A stretch of DNA of 60,258 nt from Deltaproteobacteria bacterium (GTDB lineage: Bacteria > Desulfobacterota > Desulfuromonadia > Desulfuromonadales > JAAYDE01): assembly GCA_016926265.1 (NCBI GenBank), contig JAFGOW010000025.1, forward strand, positions 1 to 60,258, written 5' to 3'. Within the stretch, counting starts at the first letter, position 1. Every line of letters starts with the position of its first letter. A program made the translations under genes and the position numbers. Positions 32,591-42,740 of the stretch are shown here, in pieces. The notes under the pieces are model-generated. The model worked only from the letters and a program-made list of their open reading frames with translations, was not told the origin of the DNA and searched no databases.

Positions 32591-32751
32591 AAGCTCTGGA
32601 GATGTGATATAGTCGATTTGAAATACAAATCAGATGAAATTTCGCATAAAAATGTCTACGGGGAATTTAAAGTTGTTCCTGATGAAAAAAATTGAGACAT
32701 CAAACTTAAGAGTTTATTTGTCAATTTTTCACTGAACGGAGGGACAATTTT

Positions 32752-33840
32752 ATGCCGAAAGTCCTGAGGCTGTCCGTCGCCAACAGCGGCGATATGGATT
32801 ATCCCCTTTCCGTCGATCGTGGTTTTTTTGACCAGAGCAAATCTAGAAAATGGCACTGGGGGGATGAACAAAACCCTTGGGAATTGCTGGATAGAGTAAA
32901 CGGTGCGGCATGGATCATCGATTTTGGTGGAAATGTTGTCGACGTGAACAACCGGGCGGTTGAGGTATTGGGGTATTCAAAACATGAGCTGCTCGACATT
33001 GGGCTTTGTGGTATCGATTCCTCCCTCAGTAAAGAGCAAATACAGACACTCGTGAAAAGAATGCCGGCGGTAAAGGCGCAGATCTTTGAGACATCGCACC
33101 GGGCCAAAGACGGCAGGGCGATTCCCGTGGAGGTGTACTCCAGCCTGGTGATGTACCAGGGGAAACCGGCCATATTGAGCATTGCGAGGGATATCACCGA
33201 ACGCAAAGAGGCGCAGGATCGCTTGCAGAGAACCCTCGAAAATCTCAGGAAGGCGATCTCCACAACCGTTCAGGTCATGGTCTCCGCCGTGGAGATAAGG
33301 GATCCCTACACAGCCGGTCACCAGGCCCGGGTCGCGGACCTGGCCCGAACCATCGCCATGGAAATGGAACTGCCCCATGAGACGATCGAGGGTATTTGGA
33401 TGGCGGGTTCCATCCATGACATCGGCAAGCTTTCCGTTCCGGCGGAGATCTTGGCCAAGCCGGGGAGGCTGACGACCTTTGAGCTTTCCATGATCCAGGA
33501 GCACCCTCGGAAGGGGTATGAGATCCTCAAAAATGTGGAGTCACCCTGGCCTTTGGCGGAAGTCGTCTATCAGCATCACGAACGGATAAACGGCTCCGGC
33601 TATCCGCGAAGCCTGAATGGGGCGAGGATTCTCATAGAATCCCGTATTCTCGCCGTGGCCGACGTCGTGGAGGCCATGGCCTCACACCGTCCCTATCGCT
33701 CTGCTTTGGAATCCAATGCGGCCCTGAATGAGATTGGCAAGAACCGGAATATCCTCTATGACCCGGAGGTTGTGGACGCCTGCCTGCGGGTGTTTCGTGA
33801 GAAAGAGTATTATTTTCAGCAGGGATATGCGGCGCCCTGA
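32752..33840 (+). CDS. PAS + HD-GYP domain protein (probable c-di-GMP phosphodiesterase)
   Basis: VNNRA..LGYS..RDITERK PAS; RDPYTAGHQ, HDIGK, HHERINGSGYP. Confidence 0.92.
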   Translation: MPKVLRLSVANSGDMDYPLSVDRGFFDQSKSRKWHWGDEQNPWELLDRVNGAAWIIDFGGNVVDVNNRAVEVLGYSKHELLDIGLCGIDSSLSKEQIQTLVKRMPAVKAQIFETSHRAKDGRAIPVEVYSSLVMYQGKPAILSIARDITERKEAQDRLQRTLENLRKAISTTVQVMVSAVEIRDPYTAGHQARVADLARTIAMEMELPHETIEGIWMAGSIHDIGKLSVPAEILAKPGRLTTFELSMIQEHPRKGYEILKNVESPWPLAEVVYQHHERINGSGYPRSLNGARILIESRILAVADVVEAMASHRPYRSALESNAALNEIGKNRNILYDPEVVDACLRVFREKEYYFQQGYAAP

Positions 33841-34019
33841 ACCATGATGCCCAACCCGGGGTTTCCAGTTTTTGAAGGGAGACCCCATGGGAAGCGAAAA
33901 GGAGACATTCTACAGCCCCAGCGAAGACCCTCCAGAGCAGCCTGATCCTCGGCCTGGTGCTGATCTGGAAACCCGACCTGATCCATCACCCCCACGACCC
34001 TCATCACGATGAGCACGAC

Positions 34020-34082
34020 CCCACCCCGAAAACAGGTTCCCGCTTTTGGGTTTTCCCCCTTTCGTGTATTCCGTGGTTCCCG
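34020..34082 (-). repeat. Partial inverted copy of the 49864-49998 repeat unit
   Basis: Reverse complement GGAACCACGGAATACACGAAAGG..GAACCTGTTTTCGGGGTGGG. Confidence 0.75.
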
Positions 34083-34210
34083 CCTTTCCCCTGAAGGGGG
34101 ACGGTTCCCGGCGGGCAGGTCTTTTTAAAAAAAAGCGGCCCCGGTTTTTCAACCGGGGCCCATGGCAATAGTGAGGATTTCCACCACCGGAAGCATGGAG
34201 TCGCCCGGCG

Positions 34211-34816
34211 TCAAAGGCGGGCTCCATCCTCCCGGCAGTTCGTAGAATCCAGCTCGCCGCCGCGCAGCGATGCGGCCAATTGCCTGAGGCGTTCGGCCAG
34301 TTCGAAACCGTCCACTTCCTGATGGCCCCACTCGGCCAGCGTCGATTGCAGGATGGCGGCAGCCTGTTCCCGTCCCCGCCGCTCCCGCCCCAGGGCCGTA
34401 AGGCAGCCGTTGAGCCCGGCCTCCAGGGAGCGCAGCCGATCCCGGCCCCGGAAGGTGACCCGCTCCCGGGGCAGCTCCCCTTGGGCCGCGGCGTTGAGAA
34501 CCCGGTCGAGCTTCAGCAGCGGCCCGGCCAGGGAATGGGTGAAGCGGATCGACCAGGCCAGGATCGCCAGGACCAGGACCAGGACCGTCAGGGAAAAGGT
34601 CCAGAGGGCCGACTGGTTGTGGTCGCAGATCAGGCGCTCGTCGAGGATGACGAGGTAGAACCAGGAGGAAACCCCGGCCACGGCCAGGGCCGTCAACAGC
34701 TGGACAGCGATCATGGCGCCGGCGTGGCGCAGCTGGAAACCGCGGTCGAGCACCAGGTTCCGCCATTGGCGCCGGGTGTTGGTCGGCGGCGCTGCCGCCG
34801 GAAGGGTCCGTTCCAT
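34211..34816 (-). CDS. Two-TM protein with HAMP-like domain
   Basis: LDRGFQLR, two TM helices, THSLAGPL..GEL..FRGRD. Confidence 0.75.
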   Translation of the reverse strand: MERTLPAAAPPTNTRRQWRNLVLDRGFQLRHAGAMIAVQLLTALAVAGVSSWFYLVILDERLICDHNQSALWTFSLTVLVLVLAILAWSIRFTHSLAGPLLKLDRVLNAAAQGELPRERVTFRGRDRLRSLEAGLNGCLTALGRERRGREQAAAILQSTLAEWGHQEVDGFELAERLRQLAASLRGGELDSTNCREDGARL

Positions 34817-34861
34817 TCATTTTTCTCCTTTCACGAAAAAACGCCCCGGAAACGGGGGGCG

Positions 34862-35242
34862 TCACGGCCCGGTATGGGTCATGTCGTCGGAAGTTCCGGC
34901 GACACCGTCGGGGCCGAGGCTGAACAGCCGGTAGCGCTTCCGGTCCGGCGACGCCTCATAGACCAGTTCGTGCCCCCAATGGTCGGTGGTCAACGATTTG
35001 AGCTGGTTCTCCTTGAAGCGCCGCGCCATCCAGGCGGCGAAATCCCCGGTCCTGGGGTAGCGGCCATGCCGCATCATCTCGTAGTCGAGCATGATGCTGA
35101 TGCTCCTCAGGTCCCCGGCGGTGGCCACCTTCTGCCCCAGCGCCACGGTGTCGTCGAAAAAGCGCGCGATGTTTTCCGAGTTGCCGGCGATCACCCCGAG
35201 GGAGATGGCCGCCACCAGGAATCTCCTGACGATCTCGACCAT
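34862..35242 (-). CDS. GspG-like pseudopilin head domain protein lacking a canonical prepilin motif
   Basis: GRYP, DHWGHELVY, YRLFSLGPDGVAGTSDD. Confidence 0.8.
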   Translation of the reverse strand: MVEIVRRFLVAAISLGVIAGNSENIARFFDDTVALGQKVATAGDLRSISIMLDYEMMRHGRYPRTGDFAAWMARRFKENQLKSLTTDHWGHELVYEASPDRKRYRLFSLGPDGVAGTSDDMTHTGP

Positions 35243-35248
35243 CGGGCC

Positions 35249-35758
35249 TCAACCTTCCGCTTCCCGGCGCTTTTTCCGCAGCCGCAGCGCCGCCAGGCCG
35301 CCGATCCCCAGCATCGCGCCGCCGCCGCACAGGGGCACCCAAAGCTTCTGGAAGAGGCCGGCCTTGGGGACAAAGGTGTAGACCTCCTGCCGCTTCTCGT
35401 CCGGGTCCGCCCGGTAATACCAGATGCCGTCATGGCCCCGCATAAAGGCCATGGAATCGGCGAAGGTCTTGTTGCCGTTGGTGTCGAGGACCTCGAAGGC
35501 GACCGTGGCCCGCGCCCCTTCCCGGACCAGGCCCTTGAAGTCCTTGACGTAGAAGCGGTTGGCGGTCGGCTCCGCGAGGTCCCGGTATTTGTGGCGGTGG
35601 ACGTAGCTCTCGATGAAATAGGCCAGGTCGTCCACGGTGATCTCTTCCTTGGCGAGCGCCACCTTCTCCCTTCCCTTGGTGCTGTGGGCCGAGCCCGGCG
35701 CCGCCAGAAAGCAGGAGAGCAGCAGGGCAACCGCGGCGATTCCCAGCAGACGTTTCAT
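35249..35758 (-). CDS. Exported protein with C-terminal TM anchor and basic tail
   Basis: Signal peptide ending GSA-H, C-terminal WVPLCGGGAMLGIGGLAALRLRKKRR. ATGA overlap with upstream gene. Confidence 0.75.
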   Translation of the reverse strand: MKRLLGIAAVALLLSCFLAAPGSAHSTKGREKVALAKEEITVDDLAYFIESYVHRHKYRDLAEPTANRFYVKDFKGLVREGARATVAFEVLDTNGNKTFADSMAFMRGHDGIWYYRADPDEKRQEVYTFVPKAGLFQKLWVPLCGGGAMLGIGGLAALRLRKKRREAEG

Positions 35759-36630
35759 GACGCCTTCTCCTTCCGCTCCGCGGCCAGGAACCGGTCGAGC
35801 CGCTCCCGGGCGATCTCCACCTCGAACTCCTTCTTCAGCCGTTCGTAGACCTTTCGCCATTCCTCCCGGTAGCGGTTGTAGCAGACATCGTTGCGGATGT
35901 ATTCCCGGCGCTCCTCAAAGCTGTACTGGACCGGAGCGGTTTTCCCCTCCAGGCGGAGCAGGCACCAGCCGCGGCGGCTCGGATGGGGTCCGGAGACGGT
36001 CCCCGGCTCCAGAGTCTCGATGACGCCGCGCAGCTCCTCCGGGTATCGCCGCAGCGGGAATCTCCCGGAGCGGGCGGAGCCGCCCGCCCCCTTCCCGGCC
36101 GCGGCCCGCTCCGCGATGGCCTGGTCGAAACTCTTCGTCCCCTTCTGGATCTCGGCCAGCAGGCTCTCGGCCTCGTTCCGCTCGGCGGCGGTGACCAGGG
36201 AGACCTCGTAGAGCGCCTCCTTTCGGTACTGGTCGCGGTGCTGCTCGTAATAGGCTCGCATCTCCTCTTCGGTGACGGCGTTGCGGTCGATCTTCGGAAC
36301 CATCTCCTCCCCCATTGTCTTGAGAAACAGATTCGCCATGAATTCATGGATTTCGGCCCGGATCCGGGGATCGAGATGGAGCTTTTTCCGCAGCCCCTCG
36401 GCAATGACCATCTCCATGTCCAGGGCATGCTCGAAGGCGTATTCCGGGGTCAGCATCTCCGGCTTGTTCCGGTAGCGCGGATTGACTTTGAGCTTGCCGT
36501 AGTGGGCCTGAACGTCCTCGACGGTCAGGCTCCCCCCCTCAAAGGTCGCCAGCACGTTTTCCCCCTTCTTCTCCCCGGCGCAGGCCGCCACCAGCAGCAC
36601 GCACCCCAAGACCAGCCAGACTCTTTTCAT
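35755..36630 (-). CDS. PrsA/SurA-like parvulin-type lipoprotein chaperone
   Basis: Lipobox VAAC, VLATFEGG, VTEEEMRAYYEQH, LEPGTVSGP..GWCLLRL. Confidence 0.8.
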   Translation of the reverse strand: MKRVWLVLGCVLLVAACAGEKKGENVLATFEGGSLTVEDVQAHYGKLKVNPRYRNKPEMLTPEYAFEHALDMEMVIAEGLRKKLHLDPRIRAEIHEFMANLFLKTMGEEMVPKIDRNAVTEEEMRAYYEQHRDQYRKEALYEVSLVTAAERNEAESLLAEIQKGTKSFDQAIAERAAAGKGAGGSARSGRFPLRRYPEELRGVIETLEPGTVSGPHPSRRGWCLLRLEGKTAPVQYSFEERREYIRNDVCYNRYREEWRKVYERLKKEFEVEIARERLDRFLAAERKEKAS

Positions 36631-36683
36631 CCCTTCCATCCTTTCCCGTTGCGTTCCCCTCGTTCCCGCGGCATCGCGCCGTC

Positions 36684-36848
36684 TCACTCCGGCCGCTTGC
36701 CGGGCAGGCGCCTCCGCCCGCATCGTTTCCGCTCCGCGGCGATGCGGCTCTGCTCCCGGATCATCCGTTGCCAGACCTCCTTCAGCGCCTTTCGCTCCTC
36801 CCGGATCAGCCTCCGGGGGTCCCGCTTCCCTTTCTCCTCTTCCCGCAT
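36684..36848 (-). CDS. Small basic protein (54 aa), below the ORF track cutoff
   Basis: MREEEKGKRDPRRLIREERKALKEVWQRMIREQSRIAAERKRCGRRRLPGKRPE, preceded by AAGGGGGG, fills the operon gap. Confidence 0.5.
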   Translation of the reverse strand: MREEEKGKRDPRRLIREERKALKEVWQRMIREQSRIAAERKRCGRRRLPGKRPE

Positions 36849-36860
36849 CGATCCCCCCTT

Positions 36861-38072
36861 TCAGGCGGAATAGAGCGCCAGCATCCCGGCCACCAGCCCC
36901 CAGGCCACGTAACCGACGATGCCGCCGAGCACCACGATCAGCACCGGCTCGATCATGGCGCTCATGCGGGCGATCTTGTCGGCCAGCACCTTCTCGTGCA
37001 GCTCCCCCACCGTGGTCATGGCCTGGTCCATGAGCCCGGAATGCTCGCCGATCTTGACCATCGCCCCCACCATCGGGGTGAAGAAGCGGTCGTCCCGGAA
37101 CGCGGCGGAGAGCGGCTCCCCGGCCAGCACCTTGTCGTTCATCCGGTCGATGTGCTTCTTCACCGCCAGGTTGGAGATGGTGGCGCCGGTCGCCCGCAGC
37201 GCCTCCACCAGCGTGATGCCGCTCTCCAGCAGGGCGGCGAAGGTCTTGGCGAACTGGACGATGACCCCGTAGCGGAACACCGAGCCGATCACCGGCAGAT
37301 AGATCTTGTAGCGGTCCACGACCAAGCGGCTCTCCGGGATCACCAGGACCAGCACCAGGGCCGCGACGCTGCCGAAGACGCCGGCCAGAATGGCCACGGC
37401 GTTGGTGGTCAGGAAAGCGGCCAGGTCGAGCAGCAGCTGGGTGTTGGCCGGCAGCTTGCGCCCCCCCAGCAGCACCGCGAACTTGGGGATGACGAAGGTG
37501 ACCAGGAAGACCACCACCACGATCGCCACCACCACGACCACCGAAGGGTAGATCATGCTGAGGATCATCTTGGCCCGGAGCGCGGCCCGCCCTTCCAGGT
37601 AATCGGAGATCCGCACCAGCACCGTGTCGAGGATCCCGCCCAGCTCCCCGGCCCGGATCATGTTGGTGATCGTCTCCGGAAAGACCTTGGGGTGTACCGC
37701 CATGGAATCGCTCAGCGGCATCCCCCCCTCGATGCGCTGCCGGATGTCCGCCAGCACCCATTTCAGCTTGCGGTTTTCGCACTGTTCGTGGAGGATCTCC
37801 ATCGCCTCGGAGATGGTGACGTTGGATTCGATCAGCGACGAAAACATCCGAAACAGCAGGATCAGGTCCCGGGTCCGGACCATCCCCAGCCGGGCCAGGA
37901 TGCCCCCCTTGGCGCCGGCGGCGGCGCGGCCGCTGTCGTCGTCGGCGATCTCGAGGATGACGAAGCCGCGGGCCCGCAGCCGCTCGGCCACGGTATCCTT
38001 GTCCGGCGCCGTAACGAACTCCCGGACCCGCAGCCCCTCGGCGTTCAGCGCCGTGCAGACGTAACCCGGCAT
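36861..38072 (-). CDS. PilC/GspF platform protein
   Basis: IEGGMPLSDSM..HPKVF, AGELGG, MIYP, LLESG, IGEHSG, IEPVLI. Confidence 0.93.
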   Translation of the reverse strand: MPGYVCTALNAEGLRVREFVTAPDKDTVAERLRARGFVILEIADDDSGRAAAGAKGGILARLGMVRTRDLILLFRMFSSLIESNVTISEAMEILHEQCENRKLKWVLADIRQRIEGGMPLSDSMAVHPKVFPETITNMIRAGELGGILDTVLVRISDYLEGRAALRAKMILSMIYPSVVVVVAIVVVVFLVTFVIPKFAVLLGGRKLPANTQLLLDLAAFLTTNAVAILAGVFGSVAALVLVLVIPESRLVVDRYKIYLPVIGSVFRYGVIVQFAKTFAALLESGITLVEALRATGATISNLAVKKHIDRMNDKVLAGEPLSAAFRDDRFFTPMVGAMVKIGEHSGLMDQAMTTVGELHEKVLADKIARMSAMIEPVLIVVLGGIVGYVAWGLVAGMLALYSA

Positions 38073-38082
38073 CTCCCCTCCG

Positions 38083-39729
38083 CTACACCATGGTCACCCG
38101 CAGGATCTCCTCCGCGGTGGTCAGCCCTTTTTTCACCTTGTCGATGCCGTCTTCCCGGAGCGTCCTGAACCCCTTGCGGCTCGCCGCGAAATGCTTGATC
38201 TCCTCAAAGCTGGCCTTGGCCATGACCAGTTTCTGGAGATCCTCGTCCATGGACAGCAGTTCGAAGATCCCCATCCGCCCCCGGTAGCCGTTGTGGCAGC
38301 GCTCGCACCCCCGGCCCCGCCTCACCGGGAAGGGCTCCCCTTCCAGCCCCAGCATCGCCCTCTCGGTGTCGCTGACCGGCTCCCATGCGCCGCAGTGGGG
38401 GCAGACCATGCGCACCAGGCGCTGGGCCAGGACGCCGCGCACCGACGCCGCCACCAGGAACGGCTCGGCGCCCATGTCGACCATGCGGTTGAAGGAGCTC
38501 GGGGCGTCGTTGGTGTGCAGGGTGGAGAGGACCAGGTGGCCGGTGATGGCGGCCCGCAGCGAGATGGAAAGGGTTTCCGGGTCGCGGATCTCCCCCACCA
38601 TGATGATGTCCGGGTCCTGGCGCAGGATCGCCCGCAGCGCCGCGGCAAAGGAGATCTTCTCGCCGCTGTCGACCTGGGTCTGGTTGACGCCGCGCACCGT
38701 CAGTTCCACCGGGTCCTCGATGGTGGTGATGTTGGTGGTGCCGCTGCGCAGCACCTGGAGCGCCCCGTACAGGGTCGTCGACTTGCCGGAGCCGGTGGGG
38801 CCGGTGACCAGCACGATGCCGTGCGGCGCCTTGAGGTGCTCCTGGAAGCGCGCCAGCATCGCCGCTTCCATCCCCAGCGACCCGAGCTCGATGACGGCGT
38901 CGTGGGGCGGGAGCAGCCGCAGCACCGCCTTTTCGCCGTGGACCGTGGGCAGGATGCTGACCCGGACGTTGACCCCATCCATCTCGACGTCGAGGGCCTG
39001 GGGGAGGAAGTAGAAGGCACCGTCCTGGGGCTTGCGCCGCTCCGCGATGTCGAGCCCGGCGATGACCTTGATGCGGCTCACCAGGCTGGAGGAGACGTCG
39101 TAGGGGAAGGTCTCGGTGCGGCGCAGCACCCCGTCCTCCCGGAACCGGATCACCAGCTCGTCCCGCTCCGGCTCGACGTGGATGTCCGAGGCGTTGCGGT
39201 TGACGGCGCGGACCATGATCTTTTCAAAGAGCTCGATGACAAAGGCCGAATCCTCGATGTCGATCCGTTTGCGCAGATCGATGGTGGTGTCGTAGGCCTG
39301 GCTGAAGAAGAGGTTCTGCATCTTCTTCAGCTTCCCCGGCGTCGTCAGCGCCAGCCGCACCTGTTTCTTGGCGATCCGGGAGATGGTCTGCAGCACCGAT
39401 TTGGGCAGCGGCCCGGAACAGGCCAGGATCAGCTCGCCGCCGTCCCCGACCCGCACCGGCAGCACGTTGGCCTTGAGCGCCATCTTCTTGGGGAGGAGGT
39501 TGACGATCCCCCGCTCGATGGAATCGACCTCGCTCTTGAACAGCGGGATCTCCAGAAAGCCGGAGAGATGGCCGACCATCTCCTCCTCGCTCAGCAGCCC
39601 CTCGCGCACCGCGATGGTTCCCAGCTTCTCCCGCACCAGGCGCTGGGTCACCAGCAGCCGGCTCAAGGCCTCGCGGCTGATGGCGTTGTGCCGCACCAGG
39701 TATTCTCCGAACCGCTCCATCGGCTGCAT
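38083..39729 (-). CDS. PilB/GspE assembly ATPase
   Basis: ASDIHVEP, DIAERRKPQDG, GPTGSGKSTT, LRQDPDIIMVGEIRD, CPHC..CERC Zn site. Confidence 0.95.
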   Translation of the reverse strand: MQPMERFGEYLVRHNAISREALSRLLVTQRLVREKLGTIAVREGLLSEEEMVGHLSGFLEIPLFKSEVDSIERGIVNLLPKKMALKANVLPVRVGDGGELILACSGPLPKSVLQTISRIAKKQVRLALTTPGKLKKMQNLFFSQAYDTTIDLRKRIDIEDSAFVIELFEKIMVRAVNRNASDIHVEPERDELVIRFREDGVLRRTETFPYDVSSSLVSRIKVIAGLDIAERRKPQDGAFYFLPQALDVEMDGVNVRVSILPTVHGEKAVLRLLPPHDAVIELGSLGMEAAMLARFQEHLKAPHGIVLVTGPTGSGKSTTLYGALQVLRSGTTNITTIEDPVELTVRGVNQTQVDSGEKISFAAALRAILRQDPDIIMVGEIRDPETLSISLRAAITGHLVLSTLHTNDAPSSFNRMVDMGAEPFLVAASVRGVLAQRLVRMVCPHCGAWEPVSDTERAMLGLEGEPFPVRRGRGCERCHNGYRGRMGIFELLSMDEDLQKLVMAKASFEEIKHFAASRKGFRTLREDGIDKVKKGLTTAEEILRVTMV

Positions 39730-39736
39730 GGCGTCC

Positions 39737-40876
39737 TCAGCCCCTCAGCCCCACGGCTTCGGCGCAGCAGGCGGCGCGCCGCGCCGTCAGCCGCTGGCGC
39801 AGCAGCTGGCCGTTGCGGGCCGCGCCGATGCCGGTTTCGAGGCCGACCTTCCCCTCCTCGATGAGGCGCGTCAGGCTCTGCTCCATGGTCTGCATCCCGA
39901 GCTGCGAGCCGGTTTCGATGGCCGAATAGATCATGTCGTCCTTCCCCTGGCGGATCAGGTTGGCGATGCCGGGGGTGGAAAACATCACCTCCACCGCCGG
40001 CACCCTGCCGCTGCCCGAGGCGTTGGGGAGCAGCCGCTGCGAAACCACCGCCATCAGGGTCGTGGCGAGCTGCTGGCGGACCTGGGTCTGCTCCCCGGCC
40101 GGGAAGGCGCCCACCAGCCGGTTGACCGTGGAAACGCAATCCCGGGAGTGGAGGGTGGAAAAGACCAGGTGCCCGGTTTCCGCCGCCATGATCGCGGTGC
40201 GCATCGTCTCCAGGTCGCGCATCTCCCCCACCAGGATGACGTCGGGGTCGGCGCGCAGGGCGTCGCGCAGGGCGTCGCCGAAGGAGGGGACGTCGGTGTG
40301 CAGCTCCCGCTGGTTGATGAGGCAGCAGGTGTTGGCGTGGACGTATTCGATGGGGTCCTCGATGGTGATGATGTGGCGCCGGAAGCGGGTGTTGATGTCG
40401 TCGATCACCGTGGCCAGGGTGGTCGACTTCCCGGAACCGGTCACCCCGGTGACCAGCACCAGCCCGTCCCGCAGCTGCGACAGGCGCGCAACGCTCTCCG
40501 GCAGGCCGAGCCCGGCAAAGGTCGGAATCCCCTTGGCCAGCAGCCGCAGGGCGACGCTCAGGGCGCCGCGCTGATGGTAGGCGGCGACGCGGAAACGCCC
40601 GACCTCCGGGAGGCTGATCGCGAAATCGACCGACTTGTTGCGGCCCAGTACCTCCCGGTGGCGCGCCGTGAGGATCGCCTCCAGCAGGCCGGCGACCTCG
40701 GCCGGGGCGTAGGGGTCGCAGTTCATCGGAGTCAGCTCCCCCCGCACCCTGAACACCGGCGGCATCCCGGCGCCGAGATGGAGGTCGGAGGCGTTCCGGG
40801 CCACGGTTTCGCGCAGCAGCGCCGCCATCTCCAGCGGCTTGGGCCGCCGCATCTCAATGTTTGGGAAAACGCTCAT
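39737..40876 (-). CDS. pilT: PilT-family retraction ATPase
   Basis: ASDLHL, GVTGSGKST, TIEDPIE, LRADPDVILVGEMRD, AAETGH, GIANLIRQ (AIRNLIRE-like). Confidence 0.9.
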   Translation of the reverse strand: MSVFPNIEMRRPKPLEMAALLRETVARNASDLHLGAGMPPVFRVRGELTPMNCDPYAPAEVAGLLEAILTARHREVLGRNKSVDFAISLPEVGRFRVAAYHQRGALSVALRLLAKGIPTFAGLGLPESVARLSQLRDGLVLVTGVTGSGKSTTLATVIDDINTRFRRHIITIEDPIEYVHANTCCLINQRELHTDVPSFGDALRDALRADPDVILVGEMRDLETMRTAIMAAETGHLVFSTLHSRDCVSTVNRLVGAFPAGEQTQVRQQLATTLMAVVSQRLLPNASGSGRVPAVEVMFSTPGIANLIRQGKDDMIYSAIETGSQLGMQTMEQSLTRLIEEGKVGLETGIGAARNGQLLRQRLTARRAACCAEAVGLRG

Positions 40877-42740
40877 CGCTCTCTTCCTCTTCCCGTTTTT
40901 CAAGGATGTTTTCCCGCCCCTCGGTGATCTGCTCGTGGGAGCTCTTGCGCTCCAGGAATTCGCTGGAGACCTTGCCGGCCAGGGCCGGATGCATGATCAC
41001 GTGGGGGGTCAGGATGATCACGGTCTCGGTCTTGTTCCTGACCTTGTCCACCTCCCGGAAGAAGAAGCCTAGGCCGGGGATTTCGCCGAGCACCGGCACC
41101 TTGACGGTGCTGTCGTCGATGGTTTCGCGGATGATGCCGCCGATGGCGATGGACTGGCCGGAGCGCACCGAGAGGATCGACTTGATCTCGCTCTTGCTGG
41201 TGCCGTCGATGGGGTATTCGAGGACCTCGCCGGTGACGTCGTTGACCACCTGGACCGTGCTGTAGGCCAGAAGGGCGCTGGAGATCTCGGCCTTGAAATC
41301 GAGGGTGACGGTGCCGTCGGCGTTGATGAAGGTGGCCATTTCGACGTCGGTGCCGAGCTCCTCCTCCTCGATCTCCTGGGTGAAGCTGGTCAGGGTCTCC
41401 CCGGTGTCGCCGATGGAGACGGTTTCCGAGGTCACCTCGCCGCGCAGCGGCGTGTCCTCGCCGACGAAGAATTCGACCTTGCTGTTGTTGGCCGCCATCA
41501 AAAACGGGGTCGAAACCACCTCCAGCCTCCCCTCCTTGTCGTAGAGGGCCATCCGGACCTGGATCTTGTCGTCGGAAAAGAGGTAGTTCAGGCTCGTGGC
41601 CCCGGCGGCCTGAGTCCCCAGTACGCCGAGGGTGTTGAAGGAATCGGCCCAGTCGAATTCGAAGAAGCTCTCGAAGCCGTCGTTGAGGTTGAGCTGGAGG
41701 ATGCGGACCTCGAGCAGCACCTGGTTGGTCGGGGTGTCGAGGGCCTCGACGATCTGCCCCATCTCGTTGAGCAGCCCCTCGTCCAGGGACCGGGCCACGA
41801 TGCAGTTGTTGCGCTTGAAGACCGTCAGCACCGCCAGCAGCGGCTTGCCGGTCGCGCTCTGGCCGCCCTTGGCGGCGGTGGGGGTGGCGGCGCCGGGGCT
41901 GGAAAAGAGGCTTTCGAACTGTCCGGCCGCCGCGGCGCCTTCGGTTCCGGCCGGCGCCGGCGCAACCCCGGGTCCGCCGCCAGCAGCCGACGCGACGCCG
42001 CTCTTGCGGATCCGGGTGTCGTGGAGTTCCGGGGCCGCGTAATCGCCGCTGCCCACCGAGGCCTCGGCCTCGGGATCGATATGGCCGTAGACCTTCTCAT
42101 CCTCGATGGCCGCCAGATAGACCTGCTGCCCCATGGAGGCCTGGATCACCTTGGCCATGTCCGCGGCGTTGGTGTAGCGGATGAAGAAGGCCCGGGTCTG
42201 CTGGCGCTGGCGGACCAGGATGTCCTGGAGGTATTCCTCCCGGGTCATGAGGGTGACGATCCCCTCCCCCTCCCGGTACCAGAGGTCGTTGAGGCGGCAG
42301 ATCGCCTCGATGGCGCTCCGCAGGGTGAGGTCGCGGAGGTTGATGTCGATCTTCAGGTCGGCCACGGTCCGGGTCGCCACCACGTTGTAGCCGTAGGCCT
42401 CGGTCAGAAGCTCGGCCAGGGAGCGCACCGACACCTCCCGCAGCACCAGCGACCCGATCCGGCGCCCCAGCCCGGCGAAGGGGACCGCGGCCTGGCGCTC
42501 CAGCTCGAGCCGCGCCTCCTCGACGCTCCCCACGGCGGTGCCGGAGATGATCTTCACCACCGGCTTCTCCGGCTGCGGCAGCGCCACCTCCGCCTCGGCG
42601 GGCCGGGGGAGGGTGCCGCTCCGGGTTTCAAAGGTCTTGCGATAGAGGGGGCGGGCCGGCGGATCGATGTGGGCGCATCCCGCCCCCAGCAGCAGCATCC
42701 CGAACAGGGTCCCGGTTCCAATCAGGCGGCGGGCGCTCAT
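40854..42740 (-). CDS. Lipoprotein secretin (PilQ/GspD family)
   Basis: Lipobox LGAGC, LDTPTNQVLLEV, KVPVLGEIPGLGFFFR..ETVIILTPHVI. Confidence 0.92.
   Translation of the reverse strand: MSARRLIGTGTLFGMLLLGAGCAHIDPPARPLYRKTFETRSGTLPRPAEAEVALPQPEKPVVKIISGTAVGSVEEARLELERQAAVPFAGLGRRIGSLVLREVSVRSLAELLTEAYGYNVVATRTVADLKIDINLRDLTLRSAIEAICRLNDLWYREGEGIVTLMTREEYLQDILVRQRQQTRAFFIRYTNAADMAKVIQASMGQQVYLAAIEDEKVYGHIDPEAEASVGSGDYAAPELHDTRIRKSGVASAAGGGPGVAPAPAGTEGAAAAGQFESLFSSPGAATPTAAKGGQSATGKPLLAVLTVFKRNNCIVARSLDEGLLNEMGQIVEALDTPTNQVLLEVRILQLNLNDGFESFFEFDWADSFNTLGVLGTQAAGATSLNYLFSDDKIQVRMALYDKEGRLEVVSTPFLMAANNSKVEFFVGEDTPLRGEVTSETVSIGDTGETLTSFTQEIEEEELGTDVEMATFINADGTVTLDFKAEISSALLAYSTVQVVNDVTGEVLEYPIDGTSKSEIKSILSVRSGQSIAIGGIIRETIDDSTVKVPVLGEIPGLGFFFREVDKVRNKTETVIILTPHVIMHPALAGKVSSEFLERKSSHEQITEGRENILEKREEEESDERFPKH

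Noticed and set aside
35755-37782. 675-aa ORF as listed in the track
   Set aside because: The N-terminal part overlaps the PilC gene out of frame. The real gene starts at 36630 with a lipoprotein signal.
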